A DNA stretch of 20,000 bases from positions 80,245,850 to 80,265,849 of the forward strand of contig NC_057711.1 of NCBI RefSeq assembly GCF_004010195.1, in the 5' to 3' direction. The DNA is from Chiloscyllium plagiosum (taxonomy: Eukaryota). The notes under the pieces are model-generated. The model searched no databases, was not told where the DNA came from, and worked only from the letters and a program-made list of their open reading frames with translations. Within the stretch, counting starts at the first letter, position 1. The number at the start of each line of letters is the position of its first letter. The translations under genes were made by a program, and so were the position numbers. This document shows positions 18,393-20,000 of this stretch, one piece after another.

Positions 18393-18718
18393 AGATTAGA
18401 TTAGATTAGATTAGATTAGATTAAATTAGATTACTTACAGTGTGGAAACAGGCCCTTCAACCCAACAAGTCCACACCGACCCGCCGAAGCGCAACCCACC
18501 CATACCCCTACATTTACCCCTTACCTAACACTACGGGCAATTTAGCATGGTCAATTCACCTGACCCTGCACATCTTTGGACTGTGGGAAGAAACCGGAGC
18601 ACCCGGAGGAAACCCACGCAGACACGGGGAGAACGTGCAAACTCCACACAGTCAGTCGCCTGAGGCGGGAATTGAACCCAGGTCTCTTGTGCTGCAAGGC
18701 AGCAGTGCTAACCACTGT
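18393..18718 (-). mobile_element. HE1-like V-SINE, young copy with (AATCT)8 tail
   Basis: A-box part CAGTGGTTAGCACTG, B box GGTTCAATTCC (18678-18668), intact V-domain, tail GGGCCTGTTTCCACACTGTAAGT followed by (AATCT)n, seen as (AGATT)n at 18393-18432 with one mismatch. Confidence 0.93.
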
Positions 18719-19814
18719 TGATGTAATGTTTTAATTTTCACCTTTTCTCCTAATTTCCATGAAAAATGAGCAAGTAACCTGTTATTTCTGACACTGGTAG
18801 GATTTTCAAATGTCACTTTGCTCACAACTAAAAGGAAGTGCACCGTGTGATGACATTTACAGAAGTGTTGTATTTATTGAAGCTGAATCACACATTCTGA
18901 AGGTGATGTTTCTTTTACATAATCATGTACCTTTGGTACATGGGACAATAAGAGGCTTGTTATGAACTAGTGAATTTAATCGTTGCTTCGACAAAGTGAA
19001 TATAAGAACATCAGGTACTAACTTGATTTTTGATCATAATCATCACTCCCAACTTTTTCATGCATTAGTTGTTGTTAATAATCTTACACTTCCTCTAGAT
19101 ATCTTATTTTTCTCATTAACATCTCATTTTACATTCCACTATCATTTCTTTCATGATTTAATTTCTCCTGTCATCCAATACTTTACAGACCTTCCCTTTT
19201 GATTCTTCCCCACCCTAGTACCCTGTCGCTATGTTTGAGTATCACAGGATGCAACTCCAGCTTTTTCCAGTTATATGTTAACTTTATATCTCCCACCACA
19301 GGTATTTGTAAATCAACTAAATATTTACAGCATTGACTGTTCATTCCTTAGATTGACAGCATCAACATTATTTTGCTTTTGTAAAAGAGGAAGAACAGGT
19401 TGTGCTCATTCCAAATAAAAACTTATGTGCAATATTACATGAAGTAAATTGGCTGTTTCTTAAATCAGAGTCCAAAATAACTATCATAAAATAACGTTTC
19501 TGGAATCTTCACAAATAGCAGAAACTCAGGAGAAATTATTTAAAAGGCTATTAGTATAATTTTCTGAGAGGTTTTGCTGATTCCATTCTGTAATTCACCT
19601 CCATGGGAATCCTAGGGACAATTGTCTGGAAGGATAGATTAAATACATATTCGGACGGAATATAAGTTCTGGACCTACCTAACTCATACACAAATTCCTA
19701 TTCTGAGCAAAACAGCAGATGCACAATTGTTTCCTTTATCATTCAAGATACAAAGTCCCTCTGGAATTACGTAAAAATATTAGAAGCTTCAATATTTGAA
19801 GGGAGGTTAGGGAC

Positions 19815-20000
19815 ATGGCATCAATCTCAAAGGAGGGTGCCTGTAAACAGGAAAGTGGCTTGAAGTGTGTATACTTCAATGCAAGAAGTATACGAAATAA
19901 GGTAGGTGAACTTGCAGCGTTGGTTGGTACCTGGGACTTCGATGTTGTGGCTATTACAGAGACATGGCTAGAACAGGGACAGGATTGGCTGTGGCAGGTT
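19815..20000 (+). mobile_element. CR1 LINE ORF2 N-terminus (APE endonuclease), open to the window edge
   Basis: From ATG 19815: MASISKEGACKQESGLKCVYFNARSIRNKVGELAALVGTWDFDVVAITETWLEQGQDWLWQV, with NARS and ITETWL APE motifs and no stop in 62 codons. No ORF1 is recognisable upstream, so the copy appears 5'-truncated near 19795. Confidence 0.92.

Noticed and set aside
18660..18718. tRNA gene
   Set aside because: The A/B boxes belong to SINE heads; the acceptor stem is missing and the sequence continues into the SINE core.
18440..18721. Recurrent similar ORFs (NLHIFGLWEETGAP...) at 7218, 13914 and 18440, plus other frames of the same repeat at 17794-18238, suggesting a gene family
   Set aside because: They are translations of the non-coding HE1-like SINE.
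1..20000. CRISPR array, retron, DGR or other prokaryotic RT system
   Set aside because: No regularly spaced repeat-spacer array or operon structure; all RT fragments are eukaryotic CR1/L2-group or Penelope-like and are decayed.

Overview
Eukaryotic, repeat-dense, mostly non-genic DNA. It is almost certainly from a cartilaginous fish (shark), inferred from HE1-like V-SINEs and the CR1 families present. I recognise no intact host protein-coding gene; nearly all listed ORFs are fragments or antisense shadows of decayed transposons. Bases 827-~7100 are a minus-strand CR1 LINE (ORF1 zinc-finger/leucine zipper + SGNH esterase, ORF2 APE endonuclease + start of RT). It is interrupted by two different Penelope-like elements (PLEs, Neptune-type) and cut off at 826 by a plus-strand CR1 3' end. 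Both PLE families carry minimal hammerhead ribozymes: three full cores (~1200, ~5175, ~12375) and one truncated core (~10950). PLE-1 has a 16-bp target-site duplication and a 63-bp inverted pLTR copy that starts exactly at the predicted ribozyme cleavage site. The right half holds older CR1/L2-group LINE fossils, three more HE1-like SINEs (four in total), a second tRNA-derived SINE, and relics of a PIF/Harbinger transposase (+) and a Myb/SANT partner gene (-) in convergent orientation. Unique sequence at ~7750-10200 has weak signs of a minus-strand terminal exon/3'UTR. The components belong to known classes; the noteworthy points are junction architecture and ribozyme-containing micro-insertions rather than a wholly new system.
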